Below are positions 18,170 to 27,843 of a stretch of DNA of 43,843 nt, piece after piece. The position numbers were made by a program, and so were the translations under genes. The DNA lies in assembly GCA_016179955.1 (NCBI GenBank), contig JACPCD010000016.1, positions 24,206 to 68,048 on the forward strand, given 5' to 3'. Under the pieces are notes generated by a model that saw nothing but the letters and a program-made list of their open reading frames with translations, did no database searches and was not told the DNA's origin. Origin of the DNA: Candidatus Woesearchaeota archaeon. GTDB taxonomy: Archaea; Nanobdellota; Nanobdellia; Woesearchaeales; GW2011-AR9. How positions within the stretch are numbered: position 1 is the stretch's first letter; every line of letters begins with the position of its first letter.

Positions 18170-18661
18170 ATGAAGAAAAAAATAATCTTTGGCTTTGTTA
18201 TTTTAGCTTTATTCTTAGTTAGTTGTGAAAGTCAGAAATATCAAGAGATTAGAGATAATAATCCAAAACCAATTATTAAAATCGAAAAACAATCGCCTTC
18301 ACTTTCTGCTGAGGAAACAACAAATAAAAGTATTAAAATAGAAAGCGTTAAGAAAGAAGTTAAGGAAGAGGCTATACCTATTGTTGAAGTTGCAACAGAG
18401 CCAGTTAACCAAGCAACGGAGACAAGGCAAGAGACAACAGATACAATCTCCAATCTTCAAAAAGCGTTAGAAGATGCTAAAAAACAACTTGAAAATCACC
18501 AAAGTAAGACTAGCAAATTAGACGAATGTACAAAATTATGTGCCGGTGAAGAATACGATATTCCTTATGTAAAAGATGAGTGGTATAGTACTTGTTATCA
18601 GATTTATTATTATGCCGGAGAATCTGCTTTAGATGAGCAAATTGCTGATTGTAAAAAATAA
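18170..18661 (+). CDS. Putative lipoprotein
   Basis: MKKK + hydrophobic stretch + LVSC lipobox-like motif; Cys-containing C-terminus. Confidence 0.7.
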   Translation: MKKKIIFGFVILALFLVSCESQKYQEIRDNNPKPIIKIEKQSPSLSAEETTNKSIKIESVKKEVKEEAIPIVEVATEPVNQATETRQETTDTISNLQKALEDAKKQLENHQSKTSKLDECTKLCAGEEYDIPYVKDEWYSTCYQIYYYAGESALDEQIADCKK

Positions 18662-18742
18662 ATGAGAAACAAAAGAAGATGCTAATCTTAATAGAGCGAT
18701 ACTTTGCTTGAGATTAGGCAGAGTAGTGGGGATTCTCTAATC

Positions 18743-19846
18743 TCACCCAAAAATCTTCTTCAGAAAACTCTGGCTGGGCTTGTCCTCATGCAGCTGCAAC
18801 AATAAATCCTTCTGCTTCCGGCTCAGCTTGCTGGGAACTTCTATCCGTACTTTAACCATCTCATCACCAGAGGCATGGCCGTGCACTGACGGAAGCCCTT
18901 TCCCCCTCATCCTAAAAACAGTCTCAGAAGCGGTACCAGCGGGAATGGTTAACTTTGCTTTTCCGTTGATAGTGGGGACTTCAATCTCATCCCCTAAAGC
19001 GGCCTGAGTAAAAGAAAGAGGAATAGTAATATGCAAATCATTCTCTCGGCGCTCAAAATACGGATGAAGTTTTACCTGCACTTGCACATACAAATCACCC
19101 GCCGGTCCATTCTGCTCGCCAATCTCACCTTCACCTGGAACACGCAGCCGCATCCCTGCTTCAATCCCCGCAGGAATAGTAACCTCTAACTTCTTCTTTT
19201 TTCGCTGCGCGCCTTCTCCTGCACACGCAGCACATGAATCCTGCGGCAATTCGCCACGGCCACGGCAATAGGGACACGGACCAGTCTGCTGAAATAAGCC
19301 AAAGGGCGTGCGCTGCGTCCGTTTCATGTACCCGGAACCATGGCAATGGTGGCAGGATTCAAATTGAGTTGCTCCTCTTCCAGAACATTCGGGACACCGC
19401 TCTAATTTATTCAGGGAAAGAGTTTGAGTGGTTCCCTGAGCCGCCTCTTCCAGTGTTATTTCCGTTTCATACAGCAAATCTGATCCCCGGGAGGAAGAAC
19501 GGCGTCCACTTCCTCCAAATAACTGATCAAAAACATCATCAAAGTTCCCAAAGGCGCCGGAACGGAACTGCGACATGATATCGGAGAAATCAAATCCTTC
19601 AAATCCCGGCCCGCCCTGGAACGAAGAGCTTCCATATTGGTCGTATTGCTGTCGCTTCTTGTCATCACCCAAGACTGAAACAGCTTCATTAATTTTCTTG
19701 AATTCCTCTTCGTACTCTTTTTTCTTATCGTCAGGAGCGCGATCAGGATGGTATTTCAGTGCCAACTTTTTGAACGCTTTCTTGATTTCTTCCTTGGTGG
19801 CATTCTTCTGCACGCCCAATGTTTTATAATAGTCCTTATCCGCCAT
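18743..19846 (-). CDS. dnaJ: Chaperone DnaJ
   Basis: J-domain HPD, G/F region, four CxxCxGxG repeats, C-terminal domain. Confidence 0.98.
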   Translation of the reverse strand: MADKDYYKTLGVQKNATKEEIKKAFKKLALKYHPDRAPDDKKKEYEEEFKKINEAVSVLGDDKKRQQYDQYGSSSFQGGPGFEGFDFSDIMSQFRSGAFGNFDDVFDQLFGGSGRRSSSRGSDLLYETEITLEEAAQGTTQTLSLNKLERCPECSGRGATQFESCHHCHGSGYMKRTQRTPFGLFQQTGPCPYCRGRGELPQDSCAACAGEGAQRKKKKLEVTIPAGIEAGMRLRVPGEGEIGEQNGPAGDLYVQVQVKLHPYFERRENDLHITIPLSFTQAALGDEIEVPTINGKAKLTIPAGTASETVFRMRGKGLPSVHGHASGDEMVKVRIEVPSKLSRKQKDLLLQLHEDKPSQSFLKKIFG

Positions 19847-20465
19847 GGGGCTGCCCTCTATCCTCTAGATTTAAATCCTCCGGATGCAAATGTATCTTTT
19901 GCATAATCTGCTGTTCCTGCCGCTTGATTTTTTCGGTGTAGGCCTTCCAGGCGCTCTCTTCCCGAGGATATTGCCGGCGGAGGTATAGTAATCGTTCATT
20001 CAAGGGCACGACCTTATTCTGAAACACCCGCCAGTCCGCATAATGCACCAACAGCTCTTCCCAGGTAGGATTTTCATTGCGGGGATTGCTCACCCGGCGC
20101 AAGGTTTCGGCAAACTCTGGAAAGGTGTCTTTAAAAACGAGATACGCAACATCCCCTTCATACCTGCCGGCATACTTTTGCCGCATACCGTGCCAGAAAT
20201 CAATCTCTTCTTTGGTTATGATGGCATCTTTATGCGGGCCAACGCCAAACTCTTTGATGGCGACCATCTTAAACAGGTCATGGAGCAAGGCTAAGCGACT
20301 TACTAAGGCCACGTCAATTGCCTCGCCGGCATCCTGAACTTTCCGGGCCAGAAAAACTGCCACTTCCTGCACTTTATGACAATGCTGGCAGATGTTTACC
20401 GGTACTTTATAGTCTACAAAATAGCTCCGGCATTGCGTTTCCGTCGGCAGGTTCATGAATGGCAT
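19836..20465 (-). CDS. HD-domain phosphohydrolase
   Basis: H..HC..V, LLHDLFK, VHYAD.R...V.L.ER motifs; overlaps the dnaJ start. Confidence 0.88.
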   Translation of the reverse strand: MPFMNLPTETQCRSYFVDYKVPVNICQHCHKVQEVAVFLARKVQDAGEAIDVALVSRLALLHDLFKMVAIKEFGVGPHKDAIITKEEIDFWHGMRQKYAGRYEGDVAYLVFKDTFPEFAETLRRVSNPRNENPTWEELLVHYADWRVFQNKVVPLNERLLYLRRQYPREESAWKAYTEKIKRQEQQIMQKIHLHPEDLNLEDRGQPHGG

Positions 20466-20494
20466 TAAAAAATAAAAAAGGTTAAAGAACCTTT

Positions 20495-22363
20495 CTATTT
20501 TTTCTCTTTGAATTCGGCATCAACGACATTATCATCATTGCCATTGTCGTTATCGCCGTCTTCTTTCGCTGCTTTTCCGGCAGATTTTCCAGCATGGCCT
20601 TGCTTCGCAGCATCCTGATACATCTTGGTGCCAATTTCCTGCACCACTTTGTTCAAAGCATCAATTTTGCCATTGATTTCATCGGCCTCACCAGATTTCC
20701 GGGCGTCCTCGACGTCTTTGATGCCCTCTTCAATCTTCTTCTTCAGGGCCGCATCAATCTTGTCCTTGAATTCATCCAAGACTTTCCGCGACTGATAGAC
20801 CACCGCATCGGCATTATTCTCTGCTTCGATCTTCGCTTTCCGCTGAGTGTCTTCCGCTTCGTGCTGTTTCGCTTCTTCCGTCATCCGGGCAATTTCATCT
20901 TTATTTAAATTACCGCTGCCGGTAATCTGAATCTTCTGCTCTTTCTGCGTGCCTAAATCCTTGGCGGAGACGTGCATGATACCATTGGCATCAATGTCAA
21001 ACGTTACCTCAATCTGCGGCACGCCCCGGGGAGCAGGCGGTATGCCAACCAAGTCAAACTGTCCCAAATGCTTGTTGTCCGCAAACATGGGACGTTCACC
21101 CTGCGCCACGCGGATGGTAACCGCTGGCTGATTATCGGCAGCAGTGGAAAATATCTGCGATTTCTTGGTAGGGATCGTAGTGTTTCTCTCAATCAGCCGG
21201 GTGAATACTCCACCGAGTGTTTCGATGCCTAAGCTTAAAGGAGTCACATCGAGCAACAGCACATCTTTTACTTCTCCCGCTAAGACACCCGCTTGAATTG
21301 CCGCCCCTACGGCCACGGCTTCATCGGGGTTAACCGATTTATCCCCTTCTTTGCCGGTGAGCCGCTTCACTAATTGCTGCACTGCTGGAATTCGAGTAGA
21401 ACCCCCGACAAAAATTACTTTATCGATCTTGTCGGTGCTCATGCCTGCATCTCTTAACGCTGCTTTCGTCGGACCTTCCAGGCGCTTCAGTATCCCGGCA
21501 ATCAATTCTTCAAACTTGGCGCGAGTTAAATCTTCACGGATATGTTTCGGCCCATTCTTATCAGCAGTGACGAACGGTATGCTTATCTCAACTTTGGCTT
21601 TGGTTGACAATTCTATCTTCGCTTTCTCGGCCGCTTCTTTCAGCCGCTGCACCGCCGTCGGGTCATTATTGAGATCTATGCCGGTAGATTTCTTGAAAGT
21701 GCTGATCAGATGATCCATAATGATCTGGTCAATATCATCACCACCCAGCATATTGTCTCCGGAGGTGGCTTTCACTTCAAAGACGCCATCGCCCAGCTCC
21801 AGGATTGAGACATCAAACGTTCCCCCGCCAAAGTCAAAGACCAAGATAGTATGATCTTTCCCTTGTTTGTCCAAGCCGTAGGCTAAGGCCGCAGCAGTAG
21901 GTTCGTTGATGATACGTAAAACGTTCAGCCCGGCAATCTCGCCGGCATTTTTGGTTGCCTGCCGCTGGGCATCATTGAAGTACGCAGGAACGGTAACGAC
22001 TGCATTTCTCACTGGTTGACCCAGATAGGCTTCGGCATCCCGTTTTAACTTTTGCAGGATCATCGCTGAGATTTGTTCGGGCGTATATTCTTTGTCATCA
22101 ATCTCCACTTTCTCGTTGCCACCCATCTTCCGCTTGATAGAGCGAATCGTATGCAAGGGATCGACAATGGCCTGGTTTCTAGCCACTTGCCCGACGATAA
22201 CTTCCTCATCTTTGAGGTGCACTACGCTGGGCGTCGTTCGCGTCCCTTCCGCATTGCTAATGATGGTAGATTTTCCGGCTTCCATCACTGCCATCGCTGA
22301 AAAAGTTGTTCCTAAATCTATGCCAATCGTTGCTCCTGATACATTTTTCTTATTGCTTGCCAT
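20495..22363 (-). CDS. dnaK: Chaperone DnaK (Hsp70)
   Basis: [52 protein letters not shown]; short type lacking the N-terminal insert of diderm DnaKs. Confidence 0.99.
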   Translation of the reverse strand: MASNKKNVSGATIGIDLGTTFSAMAVMEAGKSTIISNAEGTRTTPSVVHLKDEEVIVGQVARNQAIVDPLHTIRSIKRKMGGNEKVEIDDKEYTPEQISAMILQKLKRDAEAYLGQPVRNAVVTVPAYFNDAQRQATKNAGEIAGLNVLRIINEPTAAALAYGLDKQGKDHTILVFDFGGGTFDVSILELGDGVFEVKATSGDNMLGGDDIDQIIMDHLISTFKKSTGIDLNNDPTAVQRLKEAAEKAKIELSTKAKVEISIPFVTADKNGPKHIREDLTRAKFEELIAGILKRLEGPTKAALRDAGMSTDKIDKVIFVGGSTRIPAVQQLVKRLTGKEGDKSVNPDEAVAVGAAIQAGVLAGEVKDVLLLDVTPLSLGIETLGGVFTRLIERNTTIPTKKSQIFSTAADNQPAVTIRVAQGERPMFADNKHLGQFDLVGIPPAPRGVPQIEVTFDIDANGIMHVSAKDLGTQKEQKIQITGSGNLNKDEIARMTEEAKQHEAEDTQRKAKIEAENNADAVVYQSRKVLDEFKDKIDAALKKKIEEGIKDVEDARKSGEADEINGKIDALNKVVQEIGTKMYQDAAKQGHAGKSAGKAAKEDGDNDNGNDDNVVDAEFKEKK

Positions 22364-22386
22364 TTTTATTCATACCTCCAATAGTA

Positions 22387-22974
22387 TCATTTATCGTTTT
22401 TATTGCTTTGAACATTATGCTTGACTTGATTTTCATTTTTTTTCGGGCCGGCACTGAGCTTAACTTTGGCATGACGGATCACCTGCCCATGCAACGTAAA
22501 TCCTTTCTGGAACTCTTCCAAGATGGTATTTTCCGGCTGTTCTGACTCTACTTTCAGCAACGCTTCATGATACCGCGGATCAAAAATTTTATAATTTGTA
22601 TCAATAACTTTAAGGTCATGCTTTTCCAAAACGGCCATAAATTGAGCATGGATCAGTTTGATGCCAGTCATGAACTCATCCTGTGGGGCGTGCTCCGCAT
22701 TCTTCAGCACCAACTCGAAATGGTCTAAAAGAGGGATTATCTCCAATAAAATATCTCGGCCGGCCATAAGTTGTATGTCCGCCATCCGCTTCTCCATCTG
22801 TTTGCGGTAATTCTCAAAGTTGGCCTGCGTCCGCTTCAGCAGATCCGTCATCTCCTCTAAAGGATTGGATACTGACGCAGTTTCGGTAGCTGCAGTTTCT
22901 TGAGCTGTAGATTTTTGAGTAGTGTTTTCTCCGCTATCTTTAGTGATAGTGTGGTCTTCTTTGTTTTTTCTCAT
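22387..22974 (-). CDS. grpE: Nucleotide exchange factor GrpE
   Basis: RTQANFENYRK, FDP..HEA, E.QKGF.L.G.VIRHAKV. Confidence 0.96.
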   Translation of the reverse strand: MRKNKEDHTITKDSGENTTQKSTAQETAATETASVSNPLEEMTDLLKRTQANFENYRKQMEKRMADIQLMAGRDILLEIIPLLDHFELVLKNAEHAPQDEFMTGIKLIHAQFMAVLEKHDLKVIDTNYKIFDPRYHEALLKVESEQPENTILEEFQKGFTLHGQVIRHAKVKLSAGPKKNENQVKHNVQSNKNDK

Positions 22975-22983
22975 GATAGTTTG

Positions 22984-23000
22984 GTTGGCTTTAAGTCAAC
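22984..23000. promoter_or_regulatory. Imperfect palindrome at the grpE-dnaK promoter (putative operator)
   Basis: GTTGGCTTTAAGTCAAC lies ~25 nt downstream (on the minus strand) of a TATA-like element at ~23025-23032. Confidence 0.45.
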
Positions 23001-23076
23001 TAAAACTACTTAAAATGTAACTAGTATATAAATATTTCTAGAAAAATTTAAAAATGAGCTCTACTTTAGGTACTGT

Positions 23077-23472
23077 ATGGCTCAGAAAGTAACTTTGGTT
23101 AAAATCCGGAGAATACCCCAAGAAAATGTCAATCAGGAGCTGCAATGGGTGGGAAATTCGTTAGGTTTGTTTAATCTTCGGGATAGAGACAGCAGTTGTT
23201 TCCGGGTATTTATTACGTTGGTAAGAACGGCACGGCGGAACGATTCGCTGTCGTCGGATGAGATTGCGGAGAAACTGCATCTGAGCCGAGGAACAGTGAT
23301 ACATCATTTGACCCGGCTGATGGAGTCGGGCATTGTCGTGAGAGAGCAGAAAGGATATGTGTTGCGGGAAAGCAATTTGCAGAAACTGATCACGGATATC
23401 CGCCGGGACATGGACGAGGTTTTTTCTGAATTGCAGAATGTGGCCAAGGATATTGATGAACGGCTGGGGTAA
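23077..23472 (+). CDS. HTH transcriptional regulator divergent from grpE
   Basis: SSDEIAEKLHLSRGTVIHHL.RL..SGIV winged-HTH, followed by a coiled-coil. Confidence 0.85.
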   Translation: MAQKVTLVKIRRIPQENVNQELQWVGNSLGLFNLRDRDSSCFRVFITLVRTARRNDSLSSDEIAEKLHLSRGTVIHHLTRLMESGIVVREQKGYVLRESNLQKLITDIRRDMDEVFSELQNVAKDIDERLG

Positions 23473-23553
23473 AAATAACAGTTGCAGGAGAAAGTTGAAA
23501 CTCAACTCTCACTCAAGAGTTAGTGGAATTATAATTTTATGAGATTAAAATTC

Positions 23554-24252
23554 TTAAGTTTTTTCAAATCGTCCTAATTTTTTATTGTATTCAAAAAATA
23601 TCCACTTTTTTTTATTCTCATCTATTGAACATAATTTTAAATCATATTTAATAACAATTTTTGCAACTTCTTTCAGCACTTCTAATGGTGTTTTAGTAGT
23701 ATAAAAAACAGCTCCAACTTTCCAGTTTTTAGGTAACAATTCGTTATAATAGAAAGTATCTGACATTAGAGCAAGCCTAACTGGTATTCTTCTTCTATTT
23801 GTTGAGCGTGGTGTTCTATATAATTTATGCGTAGCTACGGTATCGGCATCTAAATGATAGGCCGCATAAATATGCCCCTTTGATAAGACAATACCAATGG
23901 CATATCCGTCTAGAGATATTGCCATCCCTGTCCTATAACTGGGATTAATACTGGAGCAACTAATAGTATATTTCCCTTCGGAGGAGATATCTCTCTCGAT
24001 ACTCTTAATAGGATCATAATCTATTCCCACCATCTTTGAAGTTCCCCCACTAAACACGTTTGTAGCATGAATTATTAAGAACCCTTCTCTACTAATCTTT
24101 CCAACGTCAGTCCAATCATCACCCTCTTCAAATAATCTAAGCTCTTCAGCTGAATAAGGGCCAAGTTCCTGGTTGGTTTCAATGGTTGTTACATTTGTTA
24201 AGAAATACCCTGAGTAAGTTATTTTAGCGATGGAATAACAATTCTCATTTTT
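23554..24252 (-). pseudogene. Out-of-frame C-terminal portion of the upstream repeat protein; putative ADP-ribosyltransferase-like domain
   Basis: Frame is open from 24252 to the stop at 23554, with no ATG/GTG/TTG upstream of 24057, and overlaps the end of the 716-aa ORF; motifs LIIHAT, ISCSSI, GIVL..G.I..A...D, YNELL. Confidence 0.6.
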
Positions 24253-26369
24253 TCAGACTTGATTATTACTAAGTCCCCTTGATTAAATAGACCTAAAATA
24301 TTTCTTTTTCTTAGTAAAATCATGTGTTGTGCAAAATCAATAATATTTATTTTATCAATGCTCTTGCCTTTCCGTAATTCCATTTGAATAAATTCAAAAT
24401 ATAACTCTAAGATTATGAACTTATTTTTCATATTTGAATTAGAACTCAATAAATAAGTTAATAACTTATCAAACAAAAATTGTTGTTCTTCTATTTTAAA
24501 TTCTTTTAAGAATACAGTATTGACCCAGCGTTGAAAGAATTCTAGCATATCTTCTTTTTTTTGTACTATTATTCTTACTATTTTCCCCCAAATATTCTTG
24601 GTGATTAGATATTGAATTACTGCAAATCCAGGTATAAACAGCCGGGATGGATAATACCCAAAAGAAGTATTTAAGTTAATACCATAAGCATAGAGAGGGG
24701 GATTTATATCTCGCTCAGCAGAAACAATTATCTTTGGGAGATCATTAGCGATAGTATCCCAACCAAGTATATTTTTTAAAATTAACTCCTTGATGGATGG
24801 TAAAGCTGATTCAAAAAGAACGAATCCATCTTCTTTAGTTTCAAGAGCCATTTTTACAATAATGGGCCAAGTTTTCTCATCAATCAAATCATTTATAAAT
24901 GGTAATTTTTGTAACATTTCACCGGCATATGGGTCTGCCGCTTCAATCATTTCAATAATTCCCGGCCAGGTATTTCTATTTATTAAATGCTTAATTCCAA
25001 TAATTTGTTTAAAAATATTAGATGGCGTTGACATCACCATTAATTTAGATATGCCCGAGATTGCCTCATCCCAGGTTATAAAGTCATTCTTCCATAAATC
25101 ATAAGCGAGGGGAATTCCATCCTCAAAAAGAACAAGAACATTTTTTGAGATTTTAGCGATATCTACTATCTCTTTTAGAGCTAGAGGTCTTTTTAAGATT
25201 AATTCTTTGTATTTTGGAAGATGGTATGAAAAGATTATGCCTGAATCTTTCCCACATGCTTCTGTAAGTTCTACTAAATAATCCCATGTTTTTTCGTTTA
25301 TAATATCTTTAATTGCGGGGAATCCATCGTTAAAGAGGGTTTTTGATTCGGTTCTGGCAGCGATAGCCATTCGAGGAAGCCCTCCAATTACTTGTTTCCA
25401 GGTTATTTTCTTTTTCTTTAAATGATCTTTGATAATAGTATTAAATCCATACTCAAAAAGACTCTTAGCAGTATCTCCATATTTTATTGCAATAAAAGAT
25501 AACCCCTTGATAAGTTCATTCCAGGTCAATACCCCGCCTTTCAATAGCTCAAGGAAATTTCCAATTCTAAAAAATAAATATTCTACATTATCACCATAGT
25601 CCATTGTTAATTTTGGAAGATCAGTTACTATTTGATTCCAAGAAATAATATTTTGCTCTAAAAGTTCAGCCATTTCCGGTAGGCAGTATCTAAAAAAGAA
25701 CTCCTTTTTATCGCCAATCTCTTGTTTTATTTTTAATATATCAGGCCAATGTTGAATCAGAAATGTAGTAAAAGTAGGATTTCTACTGGTAGGAAATCCA
25801 AAGGATTCTAGTTCTAGTCTAAATTTATTTTCATTAATACGACTTTTATAAGTAATGCTTTCTAACAATGCAATAAGAGCAGTCACATCAATTATAACTT
25901 TTTTAACTTCTAATTCTAACAAGTCCCAATCTAATTTTGTTTCTTTTTTACCATATCCAAAATATCTTTTTTTTGTTAATATACCCTGTAAACTCCCGGT
26001 ATATAATGAAGTGGCTTTTACAATAGCGTCACTATATAATTGAATGTGTTCTTTAATTGTCTTGGCCTCTGTCTCTTTGCCATTGACATTGAAAGTGATG
26101 TTAAAATCAGTATTGAGGCGTGTTTTTTCTATTTTCTGGAGTAATCTCCCTGCATATTTCTCCGTTCTTCTCTCAGTTCTCCCTATTTTCCTCAATAATC
26201 TCTTAATCTTCCTTTTTGTAGATTTATCTAATGCTATAACAGCTTCTTTTCTTTGCAAAGTTGGGAGTATCTTCTTTCGTTCAAGAAGGATCAACCGCAT
26301 TTCTTTGAGAAAGCCATATTCTTTAAGAAGCCAATTTCGTTCTTCTAAAATGTCATTTATTCTTTCCAT
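24219..26369 (-). CDS. Large AT-rich protein with N-terminal helical region and ~9-10 Trp-containing helical repeats (probably continues past the frameshift to 23554)
   Basis: Recurring ~33-41 aa units: ISWNQIVTDLPKL, LTWNELIKGL, ITWKQVIGGLP, KTWDYLV, ITWDEAISGI, NTWPGII, KTWPIIVKMA, LGWDTIANDLPK. Confidence 0.8.
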   Translation of the reverse strand: MERINDILEERNWLLKEYGFLKEMRLILLERKKILPTLQRKEAVIALDKSTKRKIKRLLRKIGRTERRTEKYAGRLLQKIEKTRLNTDFNITFNVNGKETEAKTIKEHIQLYSDAIVKATSLYTGSLQGILTKKRYFGYGKKETKLDWDLLELEVKKVIIDVTALIALLESITYKSRINENKFRLELESFGFPTSRNPTFTTFLIQHWPDILKIKQEIGDKKEFFFRYCLPEMAELLEQNIISWNQIVTDLPKLTMDYGDNVEYLFFRIGNFLELLKGGVLTWNELIKGLSFIAIKYGDTAKSLFEYGFNTIIKDHLKKKKITWKQVIGGLPRMAIAARTESKTLFNDGFPAIKDIINEKTWDYLVELTEACGKDSGIIFSYHLPKYKELILKRPLALKEIVDIAKISKNVLVLFEDGIPLAYDLWKNDFITWDEAISGISKLMVMSTPSNIFKQIIGIKHLINRNTWPGIIEMIEAADPYAGEMLQKLPFINDLIDEKTWPIIVKMALETKEDGFVLFESALPSIKELILKNILGWDTIANDLPKIIVSAERDINPPLYAYGINLNTSFGYYPSRLFIPGFAVIQYLITKNIWGKIVRIIVQKKEDMLEFFQRWVNTVFLKEFKIEEQQFLFDKLLTYLLSSNSNMKNKFIILELYFEFIQMELRKGKSIDKINIIDFAQHMILLRKRNILGLFNQGDLVIIKSEKMRIVIPSLK

Positions 26370-26474
26370 CAGCGTTTGAAATAACTGGGTTTATATTAAG
26401 TTTCCCTTATTAGGATTTACATTTAACGTGATTTAATGGGGCAATCATTAATGCTTTTAAATGAAAATAAAATA

Positions 26475-27650
26475 TCAATTCTCTTTTTTTAACTCTTCGA
26501 TTAATCTTTTGACATTGACAAAGGTAAGCTCGCACTGCGAGATTTTCTTCTTGCTTTCTTTTCCAGCATAAAAAACAATGAAGGCTCTGCGGGGTTTATA
26601 TAATTCAATGAACGAAAGTAAGCCTTTTCCAATAGTGTCGTCAGTTGATAATTTAACCTCCAGGGGTATAATTTTTTGATTTAGTTCGAGGACAAAATCA
26701 ACTTCGGCCTGGCCTTTCGTCCGCCAATATTTTGGGAGGAACCCTGATTTTATAAGTTCGCAAAGAACGTAATTCTCAAACAATTTCCCGTCCAGCTCCG
26801 GAGGAAATTGATTGGCAATAATATTTCGAAGGCCAGTATCTATAAAATACACCTTGGGTTGTTTACTGATTTCTTTATTTTTGTTTTGGTAGAAAGGAAT
26901 TATTCTGGTAATCAAATAACTTTTCTCCATGGCATCCAAATATTTCTTAAGCGTCGCAAAAGAAATTGTAAGAACCTTGGCGGCTGATTCATAAGAAAAA
27001 ATTGCTCCATTGTTGAGGGCCAAATATCGTGCACACCCTTCCAAGGTTCTGCTATCCTCGATAGAGAAAGTTTTAGCAATGTCCTTGAGTATCATCGTTT
27101 CAAATAAATCGCGAAGGATGGTTTTTTTAAGTTCAATGTCAGCAGTAAGGACTACTTTAGGATAGCCGCCGTAAAGAGCATGTTCCCAGATATCCCTTTG
27201 AAGGATAGTGGGGGTGACTTCCTTCCGATCCTGAGCCATCAGATATTCGGACAATGAAAAAGGATACAACTTCACGACCGAAACCCTTCCGACCAAGTAG
27301 GATAGGATATCTTTTCCAAGTAAGATTTCAGACGATGAGGTAAGCCACAGTGTCTTTCCCTGCTCAAAAAGGTACTTGAGCTTTATTCCGGCATCTTTGC
27401 CATATTGTACCTCATCGAGAATTGCTACCCCCACGCCTTCCAGATATTGGCGTTCAAACTTCTTAACATCAGCATCAAATAAATTCCGAACGTCAGGGTC
27501 ATCAAAGAGCAGGTACGCAGACTTTCTCGTTTTGGCTTGCTCTTTAAGAAAGGTGGTTTTACCGGCTTGTCTGGCCCCCACCACGGCAATAAGCGTATAG
27601 CTTTGCTGAAGTTTCTGAAAAGAGGGGGCAATAGTTCGTGGAATGTACAT
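26475..27650 (-). CDS. AAA+ ATP-binding protein (AAA_14 + DUF4143 type), second paralog
   Basis: GARQAGKTT, ILDEVQ, TSSS, GGYP, PKVYFIDTGLRN, FEN, EVDFV..IPLEVK. Confidence 0.92.
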   Translation of the reverse strand: MYIPRTIAPSFQKLQQSYTLIAVVGARQAGKTTFLKEQAKTRKSAYLLFDDPDVRNLFDADVKKFERQYLEGVGVAILDEVQYGKDAGIKLKYLFEQGKTLWLTSSSEILLGKDILSYLVGRVSVVKLYPFSLSEYLMAQDRKEVTPTILQRDIWEHALYGGYPKVVLTADIELKKTILRDLFETMILKDIAKTFSIEDSRTLEGCARYLALNNGAIFSYESAAKVLTISFATLKKYLDAMEKSYLITRIIPFYQNKNKEISKQPKVYFIDTGLRNIIANQFPPELDGKLFENYVLCELIKSGFLPKYWRTKGQAEVDFVLELNQKIIPLEVKLSTDDTIGKGLLSFIELYKPRRAFIVFYAGKESKKKISQCELTFVNVKRLIEELKKEN

Positions 27651-27843
27651 CGGCTAGAGAAATAGGCAGTTATATTTAAATCTTACTAAAGTTAATGTTG
27701 AGTTTAATAAAAGTCGAACTAAAGTTCATGTTTAAGTTAGGAATAGTATAATCTTAGAGTATTCCCCCCATTAAGAAACAACATTGTATCAAAATAGAAA
27801 TATTTAAATAGTAGTTAGTATGTCTAGCTAGTAAGTGATTATA

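Noticed and set aside
23490-23525. HspR HAIR-like operator (ACTCAAG half-site)
   Set aside because: Only one half-site, lying between convergent gene ends rather than in a promoter.
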